Source of the DNA: an uncultured virus (IMG/VR IMGVR_UViG_3300044729_003472) | Taxonomy: Duplodnaviria; Heunggongvirae; Uroviricota; Caudoviricetes | Strand: one strand, 5' to 3' | Length of the DNA stretch: 64,000 nt | IMG/VR virus record: IMGVR_UViG_3300044729_003472 | Shown here: positions 36,164 through 45,781 of the stretch, in pieces | How positions within the stretch are numbered: the first letter of the stretch is position 1 | Layout: each line of letters starts with the position of its first letter | Position numbers and translations under genes: made by a program | The notes under the pieces: model-generated | What the model was told of the DNA's origin: nothing | The model's input: only the letters and a program-made list of their open reading frames with translations | Databases searched by the model: none

Positions 36164-39100
36164 TCAATTACCTGCTGCTATTTCGCCTGTGTTCTTGATA
36201 CGCAGCGGAATGTAAATGAATTCCACAGCTTTCACAGGCTCAATAGCTATGTCAACCCAAAGTTCGTTGCGATCAATTCTGGCCGGAGTGTTGTTGCTTT
36301 GATCGCACACCACCAGATAATCATACAAGGCTCGTTTGGCCACCAGGTCAATCATCAAGCTGTCAATCACGTTGGAAATCTCATTGCGTGTGAGCTCGTC
36401 ATTGGGTTCAAACAAGAACTGCTTGCCAATTTCTTCCAGTCTACCACGCAAGAATGCCACCAAACGTGCCACGTTGATTCTATCCAATGCTGTTGTAGCT
36501 GTAGCTGTGGTTTTGTTACCAAAGTTAACAATGCCCACACCCGGGATAAACGTGATTGGGTTGATGTTGCGCTCATACAGGATGTCGCGCACAGCTTGGC
36601 TCACACCAATCTGCTGGAACTCACCAGTTGTAGCATCAATATAGCCAATGGCACTGGCATTGTCAACCACACCACGACGTGTACCAGCTGGTGCTAACCA
36701 TGGGTAACTTACAGCATCGCTGCGCAGTATGGTTCTCACCATCATGTGGCTGGGCGGTGCTACCACAGTGTTACCTGACAGATCATTGGTCTGACAGCTG
36801 GGATAGAACGCTGCGGCATAGTTGCTGACAGCATTGTTGCCATCTTCGGTCAGTAGACCCAGCCCATTGTTGTTGGTTGCCCACTCTACCAGGCTGTTGC
36901 CTGTGGAGTCTAGACGCATGGGTGTGTCTGCCACAACAAACAGAGTATTGTTGCGTTCATTGCTTAGTGCAATCATGTTCTGTGTCAATTCAGGATAGGC
37001 CGGTGTGGCTATCAAGTTGAATTGATTTTGTTCTTCTCTTGCAGCAATGCTGGTGTCAATACCTGCTTTCAAGGCCTCAACGATCAATTGACGTTGCGCT
37101 TGACGTCCACTCCACATGGCACCATTGTCTTTGTTGCCACTGGCCGTGAGCCAGGTAGTAGACACAGCTGGATAGGTCTGATCCGGAATCCAGCTTGGAA
37201 TGTCTGGGAAGTTTTGCTCGTCAAGATAGGTTGTAAACTCTTTGACGTTGTACCCGCTGCGGCGTGTGTTAAACAACAACATGCCCTGAGGATACAATGC
37301 TGGATCAGGTGCGTCAAGGTCAAGATAATCACTCACCAACAGGCTTTCAATTGTTGGGAATGGGTCAGCCACTGGATCTGTGTTTCCATTGGGTGCCCAA
37401 CGAGCATCAGCAAACAAAATGCCATTGGATGTTACTTGATCAGTAGTGTCAATTTCTACCCATTGCTGCACACTGTCAACACTTTCCCAACGATAAAGCT
37501 TGGGATAGTTTTCCAAATCACTGGTATCAACCCAGAGATCACCCAACTGTAACGGACTTTCAGCTGCGTCGTTCTGTGTCAGCGGAGCGGATGCACTGAT
37601 AATTGGTCCACTGGCATTGGTCAGGCTTAGATCGTATCCACGTACATCATTGGTGACATTTTGGTATCCTTGCCAAGTCCCGTTGTCTTGGATCATGATA
37701 TCAACATCGCTCACTGTGCTGTAATACCACAAGCGACCGTTGTCAGGATCTTGATCAGGGGCAGTCAAGCTAGCAGTGTACTCAAACAGAGGTGTTGTCA
37801 CAAAGTTACTGAGAATATAAACAGCCACACCGTTGCTGACTGCGTCGCGTACTTTGGGGGTGTTGGCATCAAAACCAGCTGCCTCCACTGCTGATGTTTG
37901 TTCAAGAGCAATGGTACCGCCTGCTGAATGTATAAACACCAAGTTACCTGCTGAATTCAATGTGCATGACACATTGGCAACATTGGCTGCACTAACACCA
38001 GAAATAAATTGCGATACTCCCACAGGTCCAGATCCACCAATGGTCACTGTGGCAGTATTGGCGTCAGTGGTGCCTGGAATGGTAGCTGTGAGTGTGAATG
38101 TGTCGCCACCAGTGAATGGTGTACCAGAACTCACCACTGTGGTTCCTGTGACTTCTGTGGCGCCGCTGGCAAAACGTTCGTACACTGTGTATTCAAAAGT
38201 GGTCAGCGGAACCAAAGCCGGAGATGCGATACCAGTTAGAGCAATGTAAGTTGTACCTGCTGGGATGTTGCGACCGCCACCCGAAGGATCAAGTCCAAAC
38301 AGAGCCGTGCCATCATCTATATATTCTGGGCAAGGTTGTGCCACAAATGTAGCCAATGCAGAATCATACTTCTTGATACTGACATTCATGCCATTGTTGG
38401 CAGCACTGACGTTTTGCCAAACAGACCCAGTGGGGCGGCCACCTTGAACATCTGTGGTTCTCCAGCGTGGGGCTTGATAGCTATAGGCCGACAGGTATTC
38501 TGGTGCAGGATAAGCGTTGGTAGAAATTCCCAGGGCTGTGAGCAATGCAGCTCCACTGTTGGGACCTTGTTCAATTTCAATAAAACCATTGTTGGTCAAT
38601 GTACTGCCATCGCTGCCAGCTGTACTGTCAGCAAAAATATACAGCTTGCCGCTGATTTCTGCTGCTGTGACACCTGTGATAGCAGCACTGTTGATGTTGT
38701 TGGCTAGGCCTGCAATGTTGTTGTCAGGTGCTGTAGGCACTGCTACCAGACTGCCATTGATGTAAAGGTTGGCGTTGGCTGTGAGTGTGGTTGGTGCATT
38801 TTCGCTGACCACTGTGGCCCAGCTTGATTTCCACTCATCGCTGCCGATCAATACCCAGGTGTTTTCATAGTTTTTGTAGTAACCAAAAATCAATGCATCT
38901 GAATCGGTCATGGTCACAGCATAATCACCAATGCTGCCCACTGTGGTCAGCGGAGTATTCTGTTCGGCCGCTGTGCCGCCGGTACCTGTTACATCAGCAC
39001 CATCAGTTATGATCAAAGGTACTTTGTTGGTAAATGTATTGGTGGTTTGATTCCACTCAAAAATACCCCAGGTAGTGGCGGTGGTGTCAAACCAGTATGT

Positions 39101-39499
39101 GCCATCATTGGGCTCGCCACGTGGACGACTCAAGCTGGCCGTGAGCTCAGTGAGATCAATGTTCGCACGTTGCACATAAGCACGATTGGTAACTCCCAAC
39201 GCACTGTACGCTGCCAACAAACCATACTCATTGAGTTCATATCCATTGATGGGAGTGCCTGCTGTGGTGTTGTAGAAAAATGGTACACCAAAGGTGGCAG
39301 CTAGATCTCGTTGGCTTGTGATCAAATAAGTTTTGTTTGCGTTGACAGCCAATGTACCAGCAGCAACAGTGATGCCATCAGCACTGACTTTGTCTTGGGC
39401 TGTGGCAACCAAGAAATAAGGGACTGTGTTTACGGCTGAGGGAATGTATTGACTCTCGTCAATTACTGTTACCTCTACGCCAGGCGATATTAAGGCCAT
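36164..39499 (-). CDS. Tail sheath protein (gp18-like, enlarged)
   Basis: MALISPGVEV N-terminus; PWLAPAG.RRG, LY..NINPI, ALDRINVARL, FEPND, NNTP..IDRNEL, P.KAVEFI. Confidence 0.97.
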   Translation of the reverse strand: MALISPGVEVTVIDESQYIPSAVNTVPYFLVATAQDKVSADGITVAAGTLAVNANKTYLITSQRDLAATFGVPFFYNTTAGTPINGYELNEYGLLAAYSALGVTNRAYVQRANIDLTELTASLSRPRGEPNDGTYWFDTTATTWGIFEWNQTTNTFTNKVPLIITDGADVTGTGGTAAEQNTPLTTVGSIGDYAVTMTDSDALIFGYYKNYENTWVLIGSDEWKSSWATVVSENAPTTLTANANLYINGSLVAVPTAPDNNIAGLANNINSAAITGVTAAEISGKLYIFADSTAGSDGSTLTNNGFIEIEQGPNSGAALLTALGISTNAYPAPEYLSAYSYQAPRWRTTDVQGGRPTGSVWQNVSAANNGMNVSIKKYDSALATFVAQPCPEYIDDGTALFGLDPSGGGRNIPAGTTYIALTGIASPALVPLTTFEYTVYERFASGATEVTGTTVVSSGTPFTGGDTFTLTATIPGTTDANTATVTIGGSGPVGVSQFISGVSAANVANVSCTLNSAGNLVFIHSAGGTIALEQTSAVEAAGFDANTPKVRDAVSNGVAVYILSNFVTTPLFEYTASLTAPDQDPDNGRLWYYSTVSDVDIMIQDNGTWQGYQNVTNDVRGYDLSLTNASGPIISASAPLTQNDAAESPLQLGDLWVDTSDLENYPKLYRWESVDSVQQWVEIDTTDQVTSNGILFADARWAPNGNTDPVADPFPTIESLLVSDYLDLDAPDPALYPQGMLLFNTRRSGYNVKEFTTYLDEQNFPDIPSWIPDQTYPAVSTTWLTASGNKDNGAMWSGRQAQRQLIVEALKAGIDTSIAAREEQNQFNLIATPAYPELTQNMIALSNERNNTLFVVADTPMRLDSTGNSLVEWATNNNGLGLLTEDGNNAVSNYAAAFYPSCQTNDLSGNTVVAPPSHMMVRTILRSDAVSYPWLAPAGTRRGVVDNASAIGYIDATTGEFQQIGVSQAVRDILYERNINPITFIPGVGIVNFGNKTTATATTALDRINVARLVAFLRGRLEEIGKQFLFEPNDELTRNEISNVIDSLMIDLVAKRALYDYLVVCDQSNNTPARIDRNELWVDIAIEPVKAVEFIYIPLRIKNTGEIAAGN

Positions 39500-39524
39500 A
39501 GTGATTTCCTTTGCAAGTTATCTA

Positions 39525-39590
39525 TATTTATTGAGTTGGGTCAAAAAACCTGCTCTAGCCAACCCTTTGGCAAAGGTTCTACTATAAATA
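39525..39590. promoter_or_regulatory. Divergent late promoters (AATAAATA minus at 39525-39532; TATAAATA plus at 39583-39590)
   Basis: Motifs upstream of the sheath gene and of the HNH-like gene; imperfect palindrome at 39561-39578 between them. Confidence 0.7.
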
Positions 39591-39594
39591 TGGC

Positions 39595-39942
39595 ATGAAA
39601 CGTCCTGTCTGTCAGGCCTGTACCCAAAGACCCTGTGCAATCAACTATTATCGCGACGGGGTCGCGCACTATCGCACCAGGTGCGAAAGTTGTTTGAGGA
39701 AAAATCGCGGACTCAAAAAACGATCTCCGCTGTGGGAATCAGCAGGTTACAAGAAAAAATTGATATGTGATCGCTGCGGGTTCAAGGCCAAATACAGCGC
39801 TCAAATCATGGTGTATCACATGGACGGCAAGCTTTCAAACTGCGACATAAAAAATCTTCGCAGCATTTGTCAAAACTGCGCTGTGGAAGTGGTCAGGAGT
39901 GACTTGCCGTGGCGTCGCGGTGATCTTGAACCAGATCTGTGA
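39595..39942 (+). CDS. Zn-finger HNH-like protein
   Basis: Four CxxC pairs; VYHMDG..N..NL..CQNC. Confidence 0.65.
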   Translation: MKRPVCQACTQRPCAINYYRDGVAHYRTRCESCLRKNRGLKKRSPLWESAGYKKKLICDRCGFKAKYSAQIMVYHMDGKLSNCDIKNLRSICQNCAVEVVRSDLPWRRGDLEPDL

Positions 39943-40549
39943 TCTGCTGGTACAGAGCATCAACACTGCTGTTGTTGTCCAGCACAGCGTCAAAGTCAGT
40001 GCCAACCCAGGCGTATTCACTGGCATGAATTCCGGCTTTTTCCAAGGCATGCCTGCCCAATGCCCAGCCAATTTTGTTAGGGCCAGCGTTGAATCGCAGT
40101 GCATCGTTGTACCACACCGGTTCAGATCCACGCACTACTCTCACAATTTTGCCCCCAGAGTTTCTTATGGCAGCAATTTCATTGGGAAATCTGCAGTCTG
40201 AAATAACCACATCATCATTGCTGTTGCGTAGCTTGTTTTCTAGGCTAGCTATCCAAATATCATCGTGAAAATGTGCGCGGCAGAGATCAGTGCCCCAGTG
40301 TTGCAGTACCCAACGCGGTGTGATTTCGCGTCCTAGTCGTTGGCTCCACCAGGCATCAGGCTGTTCGCGCCACTCACGACTGCTGCGTGTGCGTCCTTCC
40401 AGCATGTCTCTGTCCCAGCCAAACACAGCACTCACTGCATCTTTCAATGTGGCAGCAAAGCTTTCCCTACGAAAACAATGCGTGTTGACCAAGTAATCTG
40501 CCACAGTGTCTTTGCCACTGCCTATAAATCCACATACTCCTATGATCAT
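39893..40549 (-). CDS. Deoxynucleoside monophosphate kinase (T4 gp1-like)
   Basis: GFIGSGKDT, SFAATLKD, TPRWVLQHWGT, ISDCRFPNE, HASE. Confidence 0.92.
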   Translation of the reverse strand: MIIGVCGFIGSGKDTVADYLVNTHCFRRESFAATLKDAVSAVFGWDRDMLEGRTRSSREWREQPDAWWSQRLGREITPRWVLQHWGTDLCRAHFHDDIWIASLENKLRNSNDDVVISDCRFPNEIAAIRNSGGKIVRVVRGSEPVWYNDALRFNAGPNKIGWALGRHALEKAGIHASEYAWVGTDFDAVLDNNSSVDALYQQITDLVQDHRDATASHS

Positions 40550-40556
40550 GGTTTCC

Positions 40557-41600
40557 TCATTTGTCCACAGTTGGTACTATTTGTTCAGGTGTTGCGTCAA
40601 TGCCAAATTGCTTGATCAAGTTTTCTAGCAGAGCTTCATTGGCTCGAGCCTGGGTCAAAGCACATTGATAGTTATGTTCAATTTTTTGCATCACAACATG
40701 TGTGTCTGGGATCTCCTGCATCCATTGTTGTGTGTTTCTCACTATGCTATCCAAGCGTAGTTCGCTGTCAAGCACCAGATCATAGGGTTCAACAAGATGC
40801 TCGTCAAATGTTTCGTAACCTCTGCCACGTAAGCTGGCCAAAATGCCAGGCTGGGCTGCCATGATCCATGGCACTTTATTAAACAGAGTGATATAAGTTT
40901 TTTCAGTGCTGAAGTGAACCGAAGGCAATGCAGGAATGATGTTACCAAATATAGATTCACTGATCACTCTAAATTTGGTGTTGGAAAACAGTCGAGCATC
41001 GTAGGGAATACCACAATAGTGATACATAGTACCGTATCTTTTGACTTCAATGCTGTCTGGATTGCGATGCCAGGACTGCAATTTTGATGCTAGATTCACA
41101 TCAGCTATTTCTGGCAGCAGCTTGGCTAATTCATCAACTTGATCTGGCGCTGACCAAAAACTCCAACAACAACGATCTAAAAGATCTGCTTGTTCAAATT
41201 TCCAAAGCAATCTTGCTCGATGCTGACGATCAGGCTTGCCAGTCAAAAACAAAAAACGATCAGCCGTACTGTTCCAGTTGTTGTTGACTCCACTGCTTTT
41301 CTTGTTGAATATTTCATTGTAACAACGCCACAGGTGAAAATTTATCAGTTCCACACAGTCGGCTCTGATTCCTGACAGATCCTGAAATGCTACATCAGTG
41401 TTCAAGATCAAAACTGTAGACACACCCATGCCCCTGACACTGTCTAAAATCCAATTTAGACCGTCCTTTTTGTCAGGTATAGTGAAATAATCAGTGGCCA
41501 ACAACAAAACCGCTACCTGCGCCTGGTTTTCGCGTATGAGAGTGACCAACTCCTCTAGGTACTGATCTATGGCATTAGGAAAGGCACCTTCCACAGACAT
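40557..41600 (-). CDS. Hypothetical protein, possible GT10-like glycosyltransferase
   Basis: FLFLTGKP..HR, FRVISES..FSTEKTY..GYETF; paralog of 19533..20567; start moved to 41600. Confidence 0.45.
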   Translation of the reverse strand: MSVEGAFPNAIDQYLEELVTLIRENQAQVAVLLLATDYFTIPDKKDGLNWILDSVRGMGVSTVLILNTDVAFQDLSGIRADCVELINFHLWRCYNEIFNKKSSGVNNNWNSTADRFLFLTGKPDRQHRARLLWKFEQADLLDRCCWSFWSAPDQVDELAKLLPEIADVNLASKLQSWHRNPDSIEVKRYGTMYHYCGIPYDARLFSNTKFRVISESIFGNIIPALPSVHFSTEKTYITLFNKVPWIMAAQPGILASLRGRGYETFDEHLVEPYDLVLDSELRLDSIVRNTQQWMQEIPDTHVVMQKIEHNYQCALTQARANEALLENLIKQFGIDATPEQIVPTVDK

Positions 41601-41614
41601 TGATACAAACTTTT

Positions 41615-42136
41615 TCAAGCCAGTTCCTTGACTTTGAGATATTGCAAAGTTGTCTGTAACAGACCAATCTGTCTGCGACAGTCTTCCAAGGCATGGTGAC
41701 TGGTGGGCGGTTTCTCTAAGCCGGGCCACAACGAAAAAACAGTGCGACTGTCACGTACAGCAAAATACTTCCAGGGAATGGGTTTGTTGTAGCTTTTGTA
41801 TGCATGTTCCAAGATGTTCATGTCGTATGTTGGACCCTGTGCCCAGATTCGCTTGCTGTGCCAAATCAGGCGGCCCAATTCATCCAACGCCCGATCAAGA
41901 GGCACTCGATTATCTTCAGCAAAAGCTTCGTTTTTGGCTGCTGCTGGCTGAGTAGCCCACCATTCAAGAGTGCCCTGTTCTATTCTACGATCAGGTTGGC
42001 TGTCAAGATCAATCCTTGCATAGTAATGCTGCGGATACCAACCGGACCCAAATGGATCAAATGCCTGCGCAGCAATGGTTAGAATGGTAGTGTCAGGACC
42101 GGTGGCCAGTCCCTCAAGATCAATCATCAGGTCCAT
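41615..42136 (-). CDS. DEDD 3'-5' exonuclease (DexA/RNase AS-like)
   Basis: LMIDLE, WAQGPTYD, RDSRT, HHALEDC. Confidence 0.85.
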   Translation of the reverse strand: MDLMIDLEGLATGPDTTILTIAAQAFDPFGSGWYPQHYYARIDLDSQPDRRIEQGTLEWWATQPAAAKNEAFAEDNRVPLDRALDELGRLIWHSKRIWAQGPTYDMNILEHAYKSYNKPIPWKYFAVRDSRTVFSLWPGLEKPPTSHHALEDCRRQIGLLQTTLQYLKVKELA

Positions 42137-42140
42137 GCTG

Positions 42141-42150
42141 TATTATAGCA
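42141..42150 (-). promoter_or_regulatory. Extended -10 sigma70 promoter TGCTATAAT, 5 nt before ATG 42136
   Basis: TGnTATAAT-ACAGC-ATG with no RBS. Confidence 0.6.
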
Positions 42151-42177
42151 TGGAAAATTATTGAATTGTGATACTAG

Positions 42178-42942
42178 TTATCCAATGACCCAGGTCAAAG
42201 GCTGACTACCGTCAACGTAGTTGACCAGTTGCAGAATAAGTGACTCCATGTCGGCCTTGGCTTCGGCCTTCATGGCTTGCCCGTTCAGTGTAGTTCCGCC
42301 CTGTGGTCCTGCTATGGTTCCAAACTTTTCTCTGGCCTCACCTATGATCATTTTGCAGTTGGCCAGCATGTAGTCTTTGATCCACTGACTTATCTGTAGA
42401 TCCTGTAGCAGTACCACTTCGGGTTTGAGCTGCCATACCCACAGCAAAACATTTTCGCCGGTGCCTTTGGGATCGCGAATGATTTGAAGCTTTTTGGTAA
42501 CCTGATTCCAGGTGTAGTTTACAAAACCACCAAACATTCTGGCAGCCAATTCCACATACTGTGTGTAGAAATCATAAGTGGCCAGGCCGCCTGCGGTATT
42601 GAAGTTCATGAGATACACGTTGATGGATGCCTGGGCAAACGGATCAAAGTTGCTGGCAAACGGGCCTGTGGCAGTGCCAAAAGTGCGTCGGAAAATCTGA
42701 CGCACACTCACAACTTCTTGGGGCAATGTGTAGATGTTTACGTCCTGAATCAGCTCCATGAAGATATAGGCTTCTTCATAAGCATTGTTAGCACGTTGCC
42801 GATAGGTTCCTATGGTTTTTTGATAGGCTGCTTCATAATGTGCTGGATCCAACTCAATATCTACGATTTCGTCAGCCAGTTGCAGTCGCACATACTCAAT
42901 GAGATTTTGTTTGAGCGTGGGTAATGTAATTTCTGTGTCCAT
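42178..42942 (-). CDS. Neck protein (gp13-like)
   Basis: VRLQL..IELD, WIKDY..A..K..GEAREKF..GPQGG..LNG; GGTAAATA at 42961-42968. Confidence 0.8.
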   Translation of the reverse strand: MDTEITLPTLKQNLIEYVRLQLADEIVDIELDPAHYEAAYQKTIGTYRQRANNAYEEAYIFMELIQDVNIYTLPQEVVSVRQIFRRTFGTATGPFASNFDPFAQASINVYLMNFNTAGGLATYDFYTQYVELAARMFGGFVNYTWNQVTKKLQIIRDPKGTGENVLLWVWQLKPEVVLLQDLQISQWIKDYMLANCKMIIGEAREKFGTIAGPQGGTTLNGQAMKAEAKADMESLILQLVNYVDGSQPLTWVIG

Positions 42943-42963
42943 GGGAAACTCCGTTCCCTATAT

Positions 42964-43599
42964 TTACCGCGTAGACTCAATCCAGCCATGCAGGCGGCTA
43001 GCAATCATGTCATGCCCCAGTTGATTGGGATGTGCGCCATCTGCACCAATGTAAGGATTGTTTTTGGTATTGACCAAATGTTCACCGTTGTGTTCAAAGA
43101 GTCCAAACCAGTTGGCTGCGGTTTCCTGTCCTTTGGCCCAGATTCTGTCAAGATCAACCCCGGGCAGCCAAGTGTGATACTGTACCCAGCCCGAAAAATA
43201 AAAGTCCCTGATTCCCATGCCAGCACACCAGTGCTGCAAAGCACTCACTGTGGAACTGCTGCGCACGACTTCATGCCCGGGCTCATGAAAATGCAAGTAC
43301 AGTTCTTTGAGCTTGGTGTCAGCATTGGCCCAACTGAAAAATCTGGGAAAATGTGCGGTGCGGGCCGGATTGGTCAAAAAGAATATTGCAGTGGTATTAC
43401 CTAGGTCATCATGGTGTTGTGAAACAAAAGTCTGAAATTGATACAAAAGATCCTCGTTGCTGGCACCACCTGATCCGTAGTTGCAAAACTCATCAACTTG
43501 CATGAGTTCGGCCAGCGTTTCGCCGTAACGGCGACCGCTGCCAATGCCGGCGCCTTCTGGCCAACTGTCGCCAAACGTGGCCAAGATTTTTTTGCTCAT
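42964..43599 (-). CDS. SGNH/GDSL hydrolase-fold protein
   Basis: TFGDSW, NYGSGGASN, DGAHPNQLGH. Confidence 0.7.
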   Translation of the reverse strand: MSKKILATFGDSWPEGAGIGSGRRYGETLAELMQVDEFCNYGSGGASNEDLLYQFQTFVSQHHDDLGNTTAIFFLTNPARTAHFPRFFSWANADTKLKELYLHFHEPGHEVVRSSSTVSALQHWCAGMGIRDFYFSGWVQYHTWLPGVDLDRIWAKGQETAANWFGLFEHNGEHLVNTKNNPYIGADGAHPNQLGHDMIASRLHGWIESTR

Positions 43600-44561
43600 T
43601 GAAAACCTGATGTGCTGTTGGGTTTTTTGCTCACTGCTCGTATTGTGGTATTGGCTGAGTAGTTACTGGGACAGAATTTACACTGCGGAATGGGGTCATC
43701 AATTGTGGCAAGAAACTGTTGGCCACGATCTGCAAACTGCGACACTTCCAAGGGACGATAGCTGTTGAGCAGTTCACGATCTTGATCAGATATGTCTAGA
43801 TTGAATTGCTTATCAAATTCCGGAAACAGCGCCACTGGCCCGCATTTGTACAGAGCCCCACCTATGAAATGATAACATTTGTATCTTACAAATCCGCAAT
43901 TGTCGTGTGCCAGCTTGACATCACTGTTGTGCAGTGTATGTCGGCCTGATTCATTGAAAGTAATGGCTGCTGTGTAAAAACTATCATAATCCCAGACTGG
44001 GATACGCACATTGTTCTTGTCAATAAATGCTTGTGCAGCCCCCATGGTCACACTGTTGTTGTGGTTTTCTGCGTCGTGCTTTTTGACCATGCGTATGGGC
44101 GGTTGCAGAAATTTATGTATTTCTTCATACAAGCGATCTCTATCCGCTTCATTGTGCATGCTGATACCAATCCAATTGCGCACCCAAGGCAGACGTGGAT
44201 CAATACCACTCTGCAACAAAACTTCATATAGCCCAGGCACTTTGTTGATTCGAGTGCCATTGGTCTGTATCTGTACTGCTTTGTTCCACAGTTGATTGAT
44301 GCCTTTGACCCAATCCAACAATGAGGGATTCAGCAGTGGCTCCCCGCCCAGGATGGTAACTTTTTGAAATCTTACATGTTTGGCCCATTCGGCGTAGACC
44401 GCAGCATGGTCTTGCCACAGCTGGTGTCCGCGGAAATGATAGTTGTTGAATCTATTGCAGTTATGGCAATTGAGATTGCAAACATTGGTAATGTAAAACT
44501 CAACATAGCCAATCAGCGTTCTAGGATCTTCAGGATAATCGTCAACTATGGTATATGCCAT
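43596..44561 (-). CDS. Radical SAM protein with C-terminal Cys cluster
   Basis: CNLNCHNC, LGGEPLL, TNG; C-terminal C..C..GALYKC..CKFC. Confidence 0.9.
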   Translation of the reverse strand: MAYTIVDDYPEDPRTLIGYVEFYITNVCNLNCHNCNRFNNYHFRGHQLWQDHAAVYAEWAKHVRFQKVTILGGEPLLNPSLLDWVKGINQLWNKAVQIQTNGTRINKVPGLYEVLLQSGIDPRLPWVRNWIGISMHNEADRDRLYEEIHKFLQPPIRMVKKHDAENHNNSVTMGAAQAFIDKNNVRIPVWDYDSFYTAAITFNESGRHTLHNSDVKLAHDNCGFVRYKCYHFIGGALYKCGPVALFPEFDKQFNLDISDQDRELLNSYRPLEVSQFADRGQQFLATIDDPIPQCKFCPSNYSANTTIRAVSKKPNSTSGFQ

Positions 44562-44568
44562 GTGCTGG

Positions 44569-45705
44569 TCACCAACTCTTGAGTATCACAATGTGTTCGT
44601 TGCCGCGTCCGTTGAACGCTGTTTCTGTGGTTTTGATGTCTTTGTAGGTTTTTCTTGCAGCAGGTTTACCTCCGGCCATCAACTCCTTTAAAACTTCGGC
44701 GGGTTTGCGCAGAGTCTTTTGCATGCTTTCAGCAGTGCTGTAACCTATCACGGTGTTGTTCTTGAGCGTGAATTGTCCCACGTGTGAATCTGCAACCAGG
44801 TGAATCAGTTTGCGTGTCTTGGTATTGTATAACCATGCTTCACTTTTGTCCACCAACTGGCTTGCGGCCAAGCTCTTGAGTTTGAGTTCTGCAAATTCAG
44901 CTAGATATTTAAACTTGCTGGCTCGCTTTTCTGGACTCACAGGTTTTGCCTTGCGTGGCTTGCGTTCAACCTTTTTGATCTGTACATAGGCACCGCAGTC
45001 ATTGATCACTGTGTCGCAAAATTTTACTACGTTGCGCAGTTGAATTTTGGTCAGGTGTTGATAGGCTTCAACCAACTGAGCATCCGTACCATCAATCACA
45101 GCCGTAAACTCAGCCAATCTCTGTTTCCATGCCTGTGCTATTTCATTGACCATTTGCGGTGCTACATTCATGCCACGCATGGTAGCTATGGGTTTGAAGT
45201 CAGCTGACATCTTGGCACCGGCTGCAATAAAGTCATCAAACATGCCATCTATCTCACCTGCACACTCACTGACCTTTTCACGCAGTCGATCCTGTATGGT
45301 GGCTTTTGGTACTGCTGGCGCTGGCTCATCAATTTCTGGCTGTGCGTTGGTCTGTTCTTGTGCCAACATTGCTGAGATCATTCGATCCAAACTTGACCGC
45401 TCATCGGCCGTGAGCTCAAGACCCACTGTGTTCATACGACACAGCCAGGCCGCTGTGCAACGTATGGCGCTGTCGGGCACTCTGCGCAGTCGTTTTATGT
45501 CAGGTTTCCTGCCTTGAGATTCCAGCCAGGCCACTAGCATGTCTCGAGCTTCTTTTTTGCCAAAGAAATAGTTGTACCAAGTAAACGCTCGGGTCAGCGA
45601 ACTGGTACGATTTTCGACATCAGGCTGCTTGCGCCAATCTGGTTCTGGGCCGGTGTATTTGGTGTCCGGGCTTTTGGGATTGATCAGCTTTACTGCTGTT
45701 TTCAT
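44569..45705 (-). CDS. Hypothetical early protein
   Basis: Start moved to ATG 45705 (MKTAVK) after a GGAG RBS and a consensus sigma70 promoter; basic C-terminal domain. Confidence 0.7.
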   Translation of the reverse strand: MKTAVKLINPKSPDTKYTGPEPDWRKQPDVENRTSSLTRAFTWYNYFFGKKEARDMLVAWLESQGRKPDIKRLRRVPDSAIRCTAAWLCRMNTVGLELTADERSSLDRMISAMLAQEQTNAQPEIDEPAPAVPKATIQDRLREKVSECAGEIDGMFDDFIAAGAKMSADFKPIATMRGMNVAPQMVNEIAQAWKQRLAEFTAVIDGTDAQLVEAYQHLTKIQLRNVVKFCDTVINDCGAYVQIKKVERKPRKAKPVSPEKRASKFKYLAEFAELKLKSLAASQLVDKSEAWLYNTKTRKLIHLVADSHVGQFTLKNNTVIGYSTAESMQKTLRKPAEVLKELMAGGKPAARKTYKDIKTTETAFNGRGNEHIVILKSW

Positions 45706-45729
45706 GGCATTCTCCAGGGTCAACACAGT

Positions 45730-45758
45730 ATTATAACACTCTATCAAGTTTTGGTCAA
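45730..45758 (-). promoter_or_regulatory. Sigma70 promoter TTGACC-17-TATAAT with TG extension
   Basis: -35 at 45753-45758, -10 at 45730-45735. Confidence 0.85.
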
Positions 45759-45766
45759 GCACGGGC

Positions 45767-45774
45767 GGTAAATA
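45767..45774 (+). promoter_or_regulatory. Late promoter GGTAAATA, 7 nt before ATG 45782
   Basis: TAAATA core heading the plus-strand neck operon; no RBS. Confidence 0.6.
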
Positions 45775-45781
45775 CAAAACT

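Noticed and set aside
12319..44561. Radical SAMs as QueE (7-deazaguanine pathway), NrdG or viperin
   Set aside because: No queC/queD/folE/dpdA or nrdD in the window, and the extra Cys-rich auxiliary domains do not fit those families; not excluded without a search
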